A DNA stretch of 64,000 nt from Camelus dromedarius (lineage: Eukaryota): NCBI RefSeq assembly GCF_036321535.1, contig NC_087436.1, positions 29,638,001 through 29,702,000 on the forward strand. Direction: 5' to 3'. Position 1 is the stretch's first letter; the number at the start of each line of letters is the position of its first letter. Below, one piece after another: positions 26,871 to 39,952 of this stretch. Made by a program: the position numbers and the translations under genes. The notes beneath the pieces were generated by a model. It worked only from the letters and a program-made list of their open reading frames with translations. It was not told the origin of the DNA and ran no database searches.

Positions 26871-27366
26871 ACAAAGGTAAAAATATCTGGAAATCACTGG
26901 CAATGAAAAAATTCCAAACCATGAACATTTTTTATCATTTTCTTTGTGTGTGACAGTACAGTTCTAAAAAGTAGACATGTAAGGAACGTCAAGTAAGAGA
27001 GTCAATCATAGATAAATTCAGTAATTGCAAAATTAATGATTCCTGCTGTAGGGATTGAAGGAGGACAGCATAGAGGATAAACACAATAATCTTTATGGAA
27101 TTAGCCTTGGACCAAAAGACCACATTTCACAGACAATAAATAAAGGAAGAAATAAGGGAACAGGAGATAGAACAAAGTTCCATGGACTGAAAAATTTGAA
27201 CAAGGTAAAGACAACAAAGAGGAATTGAGATGGTAATGATTCAAAACTGATGGTTTGAAAATTAGTAGTCTAATATTTTAACACTAATACTTTATGAATA
27301 CCGTGTTTAATTTTCACAAATATATTTTATACTATTCTTTTTATAAATAAGAGTCAGTATTTCATT

Positions 27367-28500
27367 AAGTCCTGCAGAAGTTTCTGAATCCTGGGGATAC
27401 GGGTTGAGCCTCCCACCAGGACAATGTCATGGATCTGAGACTTGTCTAGTTTTGCATCCCGAGGAGCTTTCTCCACAGGGTCCAGGGTGCCACAGAACAG
27501 GTCAGCATTTAATTCTTCAAATCGGGCACGGGTAATAGAGGTATAGAAGTCGATTCCTTCATAGAGGGAATCAATCTCAATACTGACCTGGGTGCTGGAA
27601 GAGAGAGTGCGCTTAGCACGCTCACAAGCAGTGCAGAGGCGACGGACAGCCCTCTTGTTCTCGCTGATGTCCTTCTTGTGCTTTCGCTTGAACTCTGCAA
27701 TAAAATGGTTGACGATTCGGTTGTCAAAGTCCTCTCCACCAAAGTGGGTATCTCCGGCAGTAGATTTGACATCAAAGATTCCATCCTCAATAGTAAGGGT
27801 TGACACATCAAAAGTGCCACCACCCAAGTCAAAGATCAGCACATTTCTTTCAGCTCCAACCTTTTCGTCTAAGCCATTAGCAATAGCAGCAGCAGTTGGC
27901 TCATTAATGATTCTAAGTACTTTGAGACCAGCAATAGTTCCAGCATCTTTGGTAGCCTGATGCTGAGAGTCATTGAAATAAGTGGGTACTGTGACATCAG
28001 CATTGGTAACAGTCTTCCCAAGGTAGGCTTCTGCAGTTTCCTCCATCTTTGTCAAAACCACGGATGACACCTCCTCTGGATACAAGCTTTTTGTCTCTCC
28101 CTTGTATTTTACCTGGACCTTAGGCCTGCCTGCGTCATTCACCACCATGAAGGACCAATGCTTCGTATCAGATTGGACAACAGCATAATAAAATCTTCAT
28201 CCAATGAGGCATTTGGCATCAAAAACGGTGCTGGTGGGGTTCATCGCAACTTGGTTCTTTGCAGCATCAAACGATCAATCATTCGATATGGGTGAAAGCA
28301 ACACAGCTTGGGGCGGTTGGGTTTCCCTGATCACCGGCAAGTACCTCTACTTTCCCGTGCTAGAAGACACCCACACAGGAGTAGGTGCTGCCAAGACCAA
28401 TGCCAGCCGCAGGTCCCTGAGACATTGCTGCTGATGCATAGGCCTGGCTCTGTTCAAGGAAAGAACTGCAATCTGAAGAGTTTCTGCCGCGTTCAATGAG
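27367..28500 (-). pseudogene. HSPA8: Processed pseudogene of heat shock cognate 71 kDa protein (Hsc70): 5' UTR plus codons 1 to ~352
   Basis: ATG at 28425 (MSQGPAAGIGLGSTYSCVGVF*). Stops at codon 22 (TAG, 28362-28360), 49 (TGA, 28281-28279) and 76 (TGA, 28199-28197); +1 frameshift at codon 52. Residual ORF 28148-27354 corresponds to HSPA8 M93-D352 with HSPA8-type motifs ([53 protein letters not shown]). No introns. Upstream 'ctcattgaac...gagccaggccta' matches the recalled HSPA8 5' UTR. Confidence 0.97.
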
Positions 28501-30574
28501 TAATGTATGCACTCATAGTGTTAATTAATAGTATATACATTCATGTTTCTGAAGTCGCAAGCCATACTTTTATGAAAATCTTTTTATACTTTGCCATTCA
28601 TTCATTATTACTCTGGATATTATCACTCCAGGGTTTTATAAAAATGGTTTGTTACAGCACATTGTTTTATTTCTCCATTACAATTGCTTCAGACTTCAAC
28701 TCTAATTAATATTCATTTGTAGACATCTCAAATTCCTCTGTTTGCTATTGAATATATGCAGTTTAAAAGTTTTTCTTTGCAGACAAAGAGGGAATATAAA
28801 TTGCAAATAACTAAAGACCTCACTTCAAGGAAACATTACAAGAAAAACTGAGAAAACAAAGTGTTTCCTCCCCAGAGGAAATTTCAAGGAGTAGTTGTGT
28901 ATTGGAGAAAGATGAGGATATTTGACAGCTTAGCAACTTCTAATCACATTCTTGTTCATGTGGTTATATTGTATTAACTGAGTTCAGATCTTCAACACTT
29001 CCACATTCCAATATAAATTCAAATGTTCTCTATGGATGAATACAAATTGATTTCTGGTTATTCACATCTGCTTCATACATTAATACAAATAATTGAAAAT
29101 GGAATTTCATGTTACGGAATTAACTAACCTTACAAGACATATTTTATAACACTATGGAGATTTTGAAGGAAACAGAGTCTACTTTCTAACTCAGTCAATT
29201 TACTCTATAAGTTGGGGATATAAGTGCAGATACATAAAGAATTCAAAAATAAGAAATAATTTTTGTAACACAAATTGGAACTGGGAGAAAGCATACTCTA
29301 AAAGACATTTACTTAGGAAGCCACTGGAATTTACAAATAAGAAATTAATCTTTGTAACTTTATTTTTTAATAGAAAGTCTGGCTCTTTGTGAATATTCTA
29401 AGTAGGATTTTGATAAAATGAACCTAAATACATGATTGAATTAGATTTGAATTTAAAAGTAAGTTGTACTTGCATAAATTGTCTATGTTTCAGAGATAAA
29501 GAAGTCTGACTTAGGTGTCAGGAGTCTAATTTTCAAATAATACATTTTTCCTAGTTTACTGAATAACACTGAAAGCAGGACTTCAGGCACAGTCTTAAGA
29601 ATAATAAATTAGACAAATATTTCTATTGATCTTGAAAAAATGTTTGTATTATTTGTATTTATAATTATAGACACTTGTGGGGATTTTACATTAGCAGAGC
29701 TGGAAAATTATACTGTGATATTTCAGCCTACTAGGATACAAATAGAGGGATAAATGTGTACAAGTATTACCATAATCTCATAATTATGTATTTCAATGTA
29801 ATGCCTAAGGTTTAAAATCCCATTTTTTTATTCTAACATAACATGAAATAGCATGAAACTGTGCTCCCTAAAGAAACATTAAATTAAATTAATATAGTAT
29901 TAAATCTGATAATTCACTTGCACCTTCATCAATACTAGCTAGATGAGATTCAATGCTTATTTCATTTAAATGATAAGTAAAGTTCAGCAAGTTATATGAG
30001 GACCAAGTGTTTAAACAGTTAAATGATACCAGAACTTGGAAAATTTTGAAGTATAGAAAATTACAATTTCATCTGATTGCTAACATTTTTAATCTGGGTG
30101 GCTAGTTATAGAGGAAAGCAAGTTTATGACTTAACAATTTTAAATAAATAATTGCATGAGACAGAGAGGTTTTCAGAAACAATATTTTTTAAAAGAATAT
30201 GTAATTTAAAATGTATTTTCCAAAGTTTACTTGCTATGCAATTTGCACTTTAATGTCATTTTAATACAACTTAACATTGAAAAATAAATAAAAATCTTGA
30301 GAAGGAATTAACATTTAAAAATTATTCCAGGGATTTCTTTAATAAATTAACCTGATTATTCTTCTTTTTACTTAAGGCCAACAGCAGAATCCAATGCAAG
30401 ATACTCTCTAAGTAAATAAGATGTCTTCCTCCAACCCAGGAGTCAGATATTTGCATCTTTGTGTATTTATATGTGTGTGTGTAAACACTATATATGTATT
30501 GACCCTACAATTTCAACTTCAAAAATCATATCTGATCCAGAGGTTGTCTAGTCTGATATATATATCATCTGGTG

Positions 30575-30576
<2 letters not shown>

Positions 30577-30607
<31 letters not shown>
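30577..30607. repeat. (CA)n microsatellite
   Basis: Read directly, about 15 units. Confidence 0.95.
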
Positions 30608-30611
<4 letters not shown>

Positions 30612-32769
30612 TGGTCTAATTGGAGTAGTGTTAGGATATATCAGTGTGTATATGTTTACATTTGCATATATGTATATCAATATTATTATATATATTACAT
30701 ATTATTTTGTGCATACAAATGTATATTTATGATCCATATCTAACAATATCATATTTTAAATGACTTTTAATTACATTGAAAAGATACAAAGTATAGCAGT
30801 TATCATTTCTCTCCTAGAAGTAAAAAGAAACACCAAACTGGAAGATTCAGTTTACTTTGTTATTAAAAGTACCATGAAGAACACAACAGTGGTCCTTTCT
30901 TAAATTAAAAAAAAAAAATCAGATTACAACCTATTTGTATAAATAACCATTTGAAGAAAATTTTGCCTAGTTTTACATTTTTATTTGCAAATACTTTTTC
31001 CAAAATGGCTTTGTTTTGAAAAATGAAGAACATGTATCATTAATAAGAAAGTAAAGATGTGATATTGTAGTCCAGATGCAGGAAAAACTCATTGCAGCCA
31101 AAGGAGATTTACCATTTAAAGATTACAGGATTTTGTTTAGAAACAGAACAATTTACTGTAATATATTCCATGAATATGTAATTTTCACCAGGTCAGCCCC
31201 TTCTTTTTTTTAATTCTCTGTACAATGCTAAAATGAGCTCTTTGCTTTCTATTTTGCATCAAAAACAAATTATGTTCTTCCTGTACTAGAAATATAAGAA
31301 TATAATGAAACTCAATGTCATTTAGCTAGGCATCAGATTACAAAGATGGGTTACTCCAACTAGCTTTAAGAAACTGCCAGAACAGGTAAGTAGCACCCAT
31401 TGTTTCCTTCTTGACTTGAAATAGTATGAGAGGTGATGAAATTACAAGTGTCAACCAGATAATTTTTAACACCTAGAGAAGTATTTCTCGAAAAATTTTT
31501 TTATGCTGCCCATTTATATGGGACAAAAAATCTACTAATCTTATTAAGTGATAGAGATGTTTCATTTCCATAAATTAGCAAGCATATTAAAAGTATACAC
31601 TGGAGATCACAAAGTTTTTAAATTTGGAATTTAGTAAAGTTCCTCCTTTTCATATACTACAGGACTTCTATATAGTGCATTTATTCTCAAAATGGATGGA
31701 AGTTCCAAAAAATTTCTGAGGGAATAGCTATTACTTAACTTGCCTTATGTTCTCCATGACTTTATATTGCTGTTACTATTGCTTTTTTCCTTAAATAAAT
31801 AACTACTGACCTAGATTCATTGTTATTATATCTGTCAGATTTTTAGCATGTAGATATCTAATTCTTCATTATGTTGGCCTCTAATTTCCCAGACACTTAT
31901 GCATGAAAGTGTGGTCTTTTGACATAAAGTTGCCATATTCTTGTGTTACACAGTTACAACACATATCCCAGCCTAATTTTTTACCATGACAAGTTATTAG
32001 TTATTGGCTGCCCATCATTTTGTGTCACAATCTTTAAATATATTGCCTATTAACCTAATTCAAAAGTAGTTCTTTTCTTCTTAATGGTCCAGGTGTGATT
32101 TCTGTTCCCAGGTAACTACTGTCCCTTATACTTAAACTGATATTACCAGTTGGACCTTCCATGATTTCATGTAACTCTCTGACCCATGCTTTGATAAAGA
32201 GAGTTAGATATTCATTTTTCATTGGTCAAAGAATTCTTTCCTAATTAAACTTCAGCTAAAAATTTCCATTATTAAGAATATTTTATCTCTTTTATCCATT
32301 GTGCCATATTCAAAACAATGATTTTGTATATGATCTCTAGTTACTTAACTCATTTCACTTTTTTCACAATCCTTTTATTGCACAATATTTATTATAAAAT
32401 ATTATAAACCCCTTTTATGCACTTTCCTTCTTTTCTTTCCTTCTGAAGTCTTATATGTATATTTTCTTTTTGAAGACATGATTATTTTAAACGTATTTTT
32501 GCTCATTTGTGCTACATTTCATAACTTAAGAGTTTCTTGCATTGTTGATTTTTCAGCAAATAAAATTGTTATTATCTTATAATAATGTGAAGATTAATAA
32601 CATGTACAATGCATTGAGTACCTTCTATGAATCAAAGGCTGTGCTATTTTAATTATACATATTGACTAACTAAATCTTAATCATACAGAAAAAAAAATTA
32701 ATGATGAAATCTTTAAATTGACATCCTAGAAAGAACTATATTATTGAATGACATAACCAAGTTTGTTTT

Positions 32770-33015
32770 ATTTAACATTTGTGTAGACTCTATTATATAT
32801 TACACACTATTTGCTTTACAAATATTAATTCATTTATTCCACATGACTACTATAGGAGTTAAGTCATTATTGTTACTATCCTCTTTTTTTGTTTTTTTTG
32901 GTTTTTTTTTACAGATAAGGAAAATGAAGAACTGAGAAGTCAAAGTTGCAAGATCACAAAACTGATATGGTCAGCCTGGATCCAAACACGGACAGGCTTA
33001 CTAGAGTCCAGAGTA
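32770..33015 (-). mobile_element. MIR SINE
   Basis: MIR core in antisense, 'ttttacagataaggaaaatgaag..ctgagaagtcaaagttgcaagatcaca', preceded by 'gctttacaaatattaattcatttattcc'. Confidence 0.75.
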
Positions 33016-34284
33016 CTACAGGGTTATTCACCCACAATGCCAGGTAGCCTCTCTTGCCTTTGTTCTTTTAGAGCATTTGTTAACCACAGCTGGCAGTGGC
33101 TGGTCTGTCTTAAAATAAACAATGACACCAAAGGAGACTCAGAAGGCGTATTTGGACAACACAGTTATACAAATATCTGAAAGACTGGGAGGGTCAAAGG
33201 CATATTTATATTTTCCGTTACAAATAATTATGACTTCTTTTCTAAAAGATAATTGTGTTAGATGGTGCAAATTAAGACTGCTGTGCCATCACTTAAGAGA
33301 TTAGAATGATAAAGCCTTAATAAGGATTCAAGCACATTGTATGGGGAGGAAGAAAAAAAAAACAACAACTAAATTTGCCCTGAAATTAGCCAGCCCTCTC
33401 ATTTGCCTCTAAACTAGAGAACTTGATCAGATAAATCTATGAGCTCAAGTATTACATAAGAAGAAAAGCAGCAGCAGAAGGCATATTCACAGAAAACAAT
33501 GAAAGGAAATGGCTCACATTGAAGTCTCACAGCTTGGCTGGGAAGTGTCATTCACATGGATAGCCCTCTTACTCAAATCATACAAAGAGAACCTCTGCCT
33601 ACCAGAAAGTGTTTCCTATTAAACATTTATGTACTTCCCCTTATCTGGAATGCCTTACTTTTTCTATAAACTTTGTTGGGTATTGCTTTATATTTTTCTA
33701 ATTTTTTCCCCTCCCTATTGCTTACTAACCCTTCAAGGCTCATTCTGAATTCCACCTATGTTCTCCATATTGTCACAGTCAAATTATATGTATTTTTTCC
33801 TGTCTAAATTTCTACTAGAAATGATACGTTTAAATATGTTAAAATGTGTTTAAGTTGCTATCTTTCATATCATACCATTAGTCCAGTCTTTCTACGATAC
33901 TTACTTGATGCAAAGTCTCATAAAACTTTTACCATCTGTACTTGGAGTAAAGTAAGTTGGATGGTGAGTGTAAGATTTGAGAAACATTTCTTCCAGATTT
34001 TGCTTCAGGGACAGTAAATTGAATGGCAATTAATTCTGTGAATTTTCTTGGTCATGCTCATGTAATATATCTCTATCTTTGTCTGTCTGTCTGTCTGTCT
34101 ATCTGTGTCTTTATCTATCATCCATTCACCTGTACATGCATTTCTGTTTACAGGCCTGATGATATCCTGATACCTTTTAAGGATATGATTCTATCCATGT
34201 TGTAACAAATAAGTTTTGCTTAAGCTGTGAACTTTTCTACTTTTGATACTCTCATTTGTTACCATTTACACTATTACCTACATG

Positions 34285-34943
34285 TGATGGAGGAAAAACA
34301 GATGTGGGATATGAAAAGGGTCATGTCCCAGGCTTTGGTTGAGCCCCTAGGACATGCCCTGCTAAGTGTTGGGTCCTTGACTTTGCGCAGGAAAGAATTC
34401 AAAAGTGAGCCACAGTTGAGTAAAGGTAAATTTATTTAGAGAGATACATACTGCATAGAGTGTAAGGCAAGAGAAAGGCAAGGAAAGAGGTGTGGGAATT
34501 GGGTGCTCAGGTTGAAGTAAAAGTAGGTACACACTCCATAAACAAGAGTGCAGGCCGTCTGCAAAGAGGAGGGAGCGAAAAAGGGTGGCGGTCATGAGGC
34601 TCCCTGTTGCCAGTTTTTATGGGCTTAGTGGCTTCATATGCTAATATATGGAAGGACCAGTCTAACTAGCCTGGGGAAGGGGTTAGGATTCCCAGGAAGT
34701 CGGCCATTTTCCACTCTTTGACCTTTTGTGGCTAGCCTTGGGACTGTCACAGGGCCTGTGAACATGTTATTCATCATACTAATATATTACAATAGGCATA
34801 TAATGGAGCTCAAGGTCTGCTAGAAGTGAAATCTCCCACCATCTTGAGCCTCAAGGCCTACTGGGGGTTGAATCTTTCACCATTTTGATGTTAATTGCTG
34901 TAGCATTCCTTGAATGGCTGTGCCCTGTCCCCTTCCTGTCTCA
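34285..34943 (-). mobile_element. ERV1-class solo LTR, complete (659 bp)
   Basis: TG...CA termini with perfect 4-bp TSD catg/catg. Minus-strand AATAAA at 34431-34436 and TATA-like cataaaaa at ~34614-34621. ERV1-type 'ttgggtccttgactttgcgcaggaaagaattcaa'. Confidence 0.92.
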
Positions 34944-37184
34944 CATGTACAGGACACCAAATATTGATCATTTTAAAAAATCTCCTTTATATCTTCTCTC
35001 TCTTTCTAGTTTTCACTTTTCTGAAATACGTGACTATAATGTAATTTCTCACTTTCTCTGGTAGAATTGCACTCAAATATGACTAAGCTAGGCACACAAA
35101 ACTGACTAGGTTCTTGATAATAATCATGTCGTCTCAAGAACCCATTACAAACATTGACTCTGATCAAACAAAAGTAACTAGCTTTTAAAGTTCATGTTGT
35201 TTCTAGTCTCCTTTGCATGCCTTTCTTCTTTTTCTTAAAGTCCTACACTTCCTCACTCTTTGACCCCAGACATTTCTCTACCTATCTAACATCCATCTAT
35301 CTAATTTATATGATGTTTTCCTTATTTAAAACTGTATTAGAATTAACCTAGATATAAAATTACAGAAGTTAAGTATTTTTAAGTTTTTAAAATAATACTA
35401 AAACTATCTTTGACTTTTCTATTAATTTTTAATTATTCAAGCAAAAAGAAATTTGAAATTATTTCTTTGTATGATTTTACCCAAAACACTAATATTTAAA
35501 TGTATTTATAGATATAGGAGAGAAAACATTAAATGTCAAATATATACCTAAAATAAATATTGAAGAATATTTTTTAAATTTTAAATGATTAAATTATAAT
35601 GTATCATATTATTTTATGTATAAAATACTAACTCATATATATTCAGTCACTAAATTAGTTCCTGAGAAATGTTTATTTAGAGCCTGTCATTAGTGATTAG
35701 AGGCATAGACAGTAGAAGAGGCTATTAGCCTAAAATCTGGGTCCTCACCTTGACTTGCTCTCTGATCAAGGAGAGATCATGTTCTCTCCATGACATGGTT
35801 CCTTATTGAGTTATTGGGAGAATGAAGTGAGTTAATATACATTGTCTTCAGAAAATATAAACACACAATAAAGAAAAGCTGTCATAAGATATTTTGTGAT
35901 AGAAGATCAAAATGATGTGAAATAGCAGGTGAAACAGGTATTAAATGTACATAGTAATAAACTGATAAATGAATAGATAAGAAGGATTTAAAAATCATGT
36001 TTTCTGCATGAGAGTGACATGTGAAACAAATATGATGTGGCATAATACATTAATCTGACTTAGTATCAAAGTAAGTAATACTGTGTTATTTACCATCAAT
36101 AAAGAAACACCACAAATTCCTTAGAAATAGTACAAATTCAAAACCTATCCAGATAAAAATTGCTTTTATATTGATGTCATCTCTGGAGATATGTTTGGAA
36201 TTGAAATTCTTGTTTTTGATTATCCTGACATTATTGTTCATTGGAATGAACATGAGAAATTGCTCATCAAAGACATATAAATTTTTTTAAAAGACTGGAA
36301 TTTAAAACCTATCCCTAGAGCTCATCTTAATATTGAAGCAATTTCATAGCCAGGGTTTAAATTTATGTCCACATGGATTTTTAAATGACAATTGTTTCAC
36401 ACTACTTACACAATAAAAAAGGAGAACTAAATACATTTCTACACTGATATTAAGACTATGACATTCATATTTTTCAGAGGGAATAAAAATTAATGTTATC
36501 TATAGGCTTCTATATTTTCCTGATAAACTTTATTTTCATTGTAATATTTAAGTTTATAATAGAAATTAATAAAGGAATTAAAGATATTCATATATATGTA
36601 TTTTGTAAAATCTTAGGTTTAAAAAATTGTTACATATCCATTTTCTTATGAATTACATTCTACAATTTTTATTTTTATTTCAAATTTCTCAATTTTAAGG
36701 GCTATATAAAATATCTAAGAAAGATACATAAAATCTAAGATGATGTTTCACGTTAATATTGAAGTGTTTATACTTAGATTTTATTTAAAAAAGAGGGCAA
36801 CAATAGCGACAAAATGTAACTCTAATCTTTCTGCAGACATGAAAATAATGCTATAGTAATACTTATTTATCTATTCCTTTCTTGAATTTTAGGATGCCTA
36901 GTTGATAATGCATAATAAATACATTTACATAACAGCATAATACATTTATATACAATGTATAACATGATATAATTACTAGCATATTAAATTGATATATTTT
37001 CTAAGATCACTATCCTTAATACTAATTTAGTAAGAATGAATTTAAAAATATTAAGAATAAAGACTAGACCTAGCAATGAATATATTTCTTAGTTTTCTTT
37101 TATTCATATATGTAGAAGTTTAACTGTAGACAATATATGCTCAATGTGTACCTCCAGGAAAAGAGCTTGAAGCATTGGTGTCTC

Positions 37185-37385
37185 ATGATTTTCCTTCACA
37201 GAACTTATAACTGATATTATATTATATGTTTGTTTATCCATCTGTTATTTTATGTTCTCTGTTCTAGATGCAATCTCCAAAAAACCAGAAAATTGTTCTG
37301 ATTTTAATCTATTGTATCTCGTACCTAAAATACTCCCCAAAATTAATATGCACTCAATAAGCGTTAAAGCCATGAATAAATAAAG
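37185..37385 (+). mobile_element. LINE-2 3' end
   Basis: 'ctattgtatctc..acctaaaa...cactcaataagcgtt...atgaataaataaa' is the typical L2 terminus. Confidence 0.6.
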
Positions 37386-39919
37386 TAACAGTCTCCTTTC
37401 TCTAAACTTTAGGAAAAATAGTTAAATTCAATGAATATTGAAGGTTATAGGATATTTTCTTTGAAATTATTTCCACTTTTCCTATTAAGAGAAAAATTCT
37501 TTCTCTTTTCCCACTTGGCTGTAAAATATATCATTTTATGAGATCATAAATTAATATACATTTTTGGTCTCAAGAAGAATTTATCCCACCCTGGAACCCT
37601 TAGTCTGATAACTATTGTTTTAATATTTGCTAAAGCAAATCTTCTAAGCTTCTTCTATTGGAATTTTTTTAATGCTCTATTTGTATTCTTCTTTAAATGA
37701 GCAAAGGGAATAATCTATCCACAAAAGACTTATAGTAACTCGGATGCCAATGGGAAATTTAATATTTTTAATAAAATATTGAGGTATATCATTTTACCTT
37801 TTGTGTTGTGTGATCTGTAATATAAATATGCTTGTCTGGGTATTGAGAAAAGAGAATATCCTGAAAATATCCTTAGGGTCATACACAGGTAATGCAAAGC
37901 CAATAAAATTGCTTCACTAACAATTTTGAGACTTCCCAAAGGTTCTGGTACAGAGGTTTAAGTTTTCCATAAAATGAGAGAACACATCCAATGCAGAAAA
38001 ACTGAATCTATGGATCACAAACCCTATAGTATTCTAATCATGACTTCATCATTTAACTTAGTGGAATTGTCATAGATCTATAATTATTTAATCATCCAAC
38101 TACTAAGCCATCTCACCTGTATACAATACAATTCTACTTTTCCACACAGATACACTTATAAGAGTAAAATTTTAAAAAATAGAGAAATAATGTAGATGAT
38201 ACAGTTTGTCAATCCATAACCTCTGGATAGAGAAGCTCATAATTCAATACCTATTTACCAATGAAGTATTTATTATTATATTATTATTACTGAAGAAGCC
38301 CTGAAAATAAATATTTGTATGTATACTTACATTGACAAAACTTGTTTGAAACAGAACATCTAGTAATAATTTTAGTATTTATTATAGCACAAAGGTTTAT
38401 TTTATTTCTGATTTCTACATTGCTTCCCAACTTTCTTTATGGAAATTGAATAATTTAATTTACTTAAACCGCCACAAGGAACAATAAGACAGTGGTATTT
38501 CTGATTTTTATACTTGCTTTATTTTTGGTGTACTGCTTAGGAGTATAATGTCTGTGTTTTTTGACAAAAATTATTTATTCATTTGTTTGTATTTTTGTCA
38601 GAGTACTGAAATTTCAGAAATACATACATATTGTAATCCTTTTTAAATTGTGTCCAAATTTCACAATTAGACTATTATTTCCTCAAGAAATAAAGACCTA
38701 CAGTGGGTGTACATACCTTTTTCATGGTGAGTATGTGTTTGTGTGTGTTTGCATCATTGTATATTTTAAGTCATTGTTTTCTTTTTATAATATATGTCAA
38801 ATAATACTGAAATTACATAGTAACAGTCACATTTTAATGTACAATATTAGTACACAATAAAAATATTGCTTTGAAGATAGACTTATCAGATATAATTTAT
38901 ATATATTAAGTATTTTGATATGTATTAAGTATTAGTAATTTATATATAATTAATATAGATTTTAAAAAACTATGTTCAGATACTGAGAAAATGTGGATTT
39001 ATCTTTAAAATTAATCATTTAATATAATTTAATAAATGTTTATGTTGCTGCAGTTTATAAATTACACATTTAATTCCTGTAAAATCTTAAAAACAGTTAT
39101 CAGGAAAAAAAAGTAATTTTTGTTTAATGTTGCATACACTAGCTACCTTTTTTTGACTTCCTAGAAATTGACTCAGTATAAAAAAGATAAAGGTTTAAGG
39201 TATAACTACAAATACTCCAATGAGTTTAGGGAAAGTAAAATTTAGTCAATTGTTCATACACACACACAAAAAGTTTTTCTGAATTAATTTTTTAAGTTAG
39301 CTTAGTTACATTTGAAAATACTTAAATTCTAAATAATTAGATGTTGATTAGTATGTGTCTGAATTATTGCAATGTACAATTTGCAATGAAGAAAAGTTAT
39401 CTGACTGGATACTGTCCTTCACAAGATTATTATTTAATTAGTAAGCCAGAAAACATACTTGAAATAAGTTGTATGAAAACATGTTTATTTAAAAAATAGA
39501 CATTTGAAACTGCTATCTCAACTTGAGACTTTCAGGGACTTTTTTAAAAAACTTCTTCGAAGATCAAAATTTCTGGAGAGCAAGAATACCTGATAACTGC
39601 TCCAGGATGTCGCTACTCTAACAATGTTTGGCTTACAAGCAGTTTGTCAGTGAAGAAGGCTTTCATCAGCATCCCTACCCTCCACTACACATTCCATCAC
39701 GCAAAAAAAGAAACCTGCAAGTCACATCTCAGCCCGTTTCCACTAAGATGATAGACCTTTAATTGTATTCCCCATTCAGGTTTATAGCTTCATTTAGTTT
39801 CTAAGAAGTAGCAAGAAGTCTACATTTTATTACCTAGAGCATACAATGAACTGGTAAAATATCTAAATTTCCCACCTCAGATACAAGTGTAAGAAACAGA
39901 AAACGTCTGGGTAAAAGGC

Positions 39920-39952
39920 AAAAAAAAAAAAAAAAAAAAAAAAGAAAAAAAA
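39920..39952. repeat. Poly(A) tract
   Basis: About 33-bp A run with one G, read directly. No recognisable retroposon body upstream. Confidence 0.95.

Noticed and set aside
27354..28148. 264-aa Hsp70 ORF as a functional HSPA1/HSPA8 gene
   Set aside because: Upstream codons 1-92 contain three stops and a frameshift, the C-terminal half is absent, and the sequence is HSPA8-type but intronless, so it is a processed pseudogene.
27509..28499. Overlapping ORFs 27509-27832 (-), 27592-27960 (+), 28204-28434 (+), 28308-28499 (+)
   Set aside because: Alternative-frame and antisense shadows of the Hsp70 coding sequence.
31330..31391. Possible 56-nt plus-strand exon ending in CAG|GTAAGT
   Set aside because: Good donor but no polypyrimidine tract at the acceptor, and the peptide (ASDYKDGLLQLALRNCQN) is unrecognised. 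Isolated donors are expected by chance.
39585..39720. Possible minus-strand exon (ttgcag| ... cag|gtattc)
   Set aside because: Weak splice signals and no recognisable coding content.
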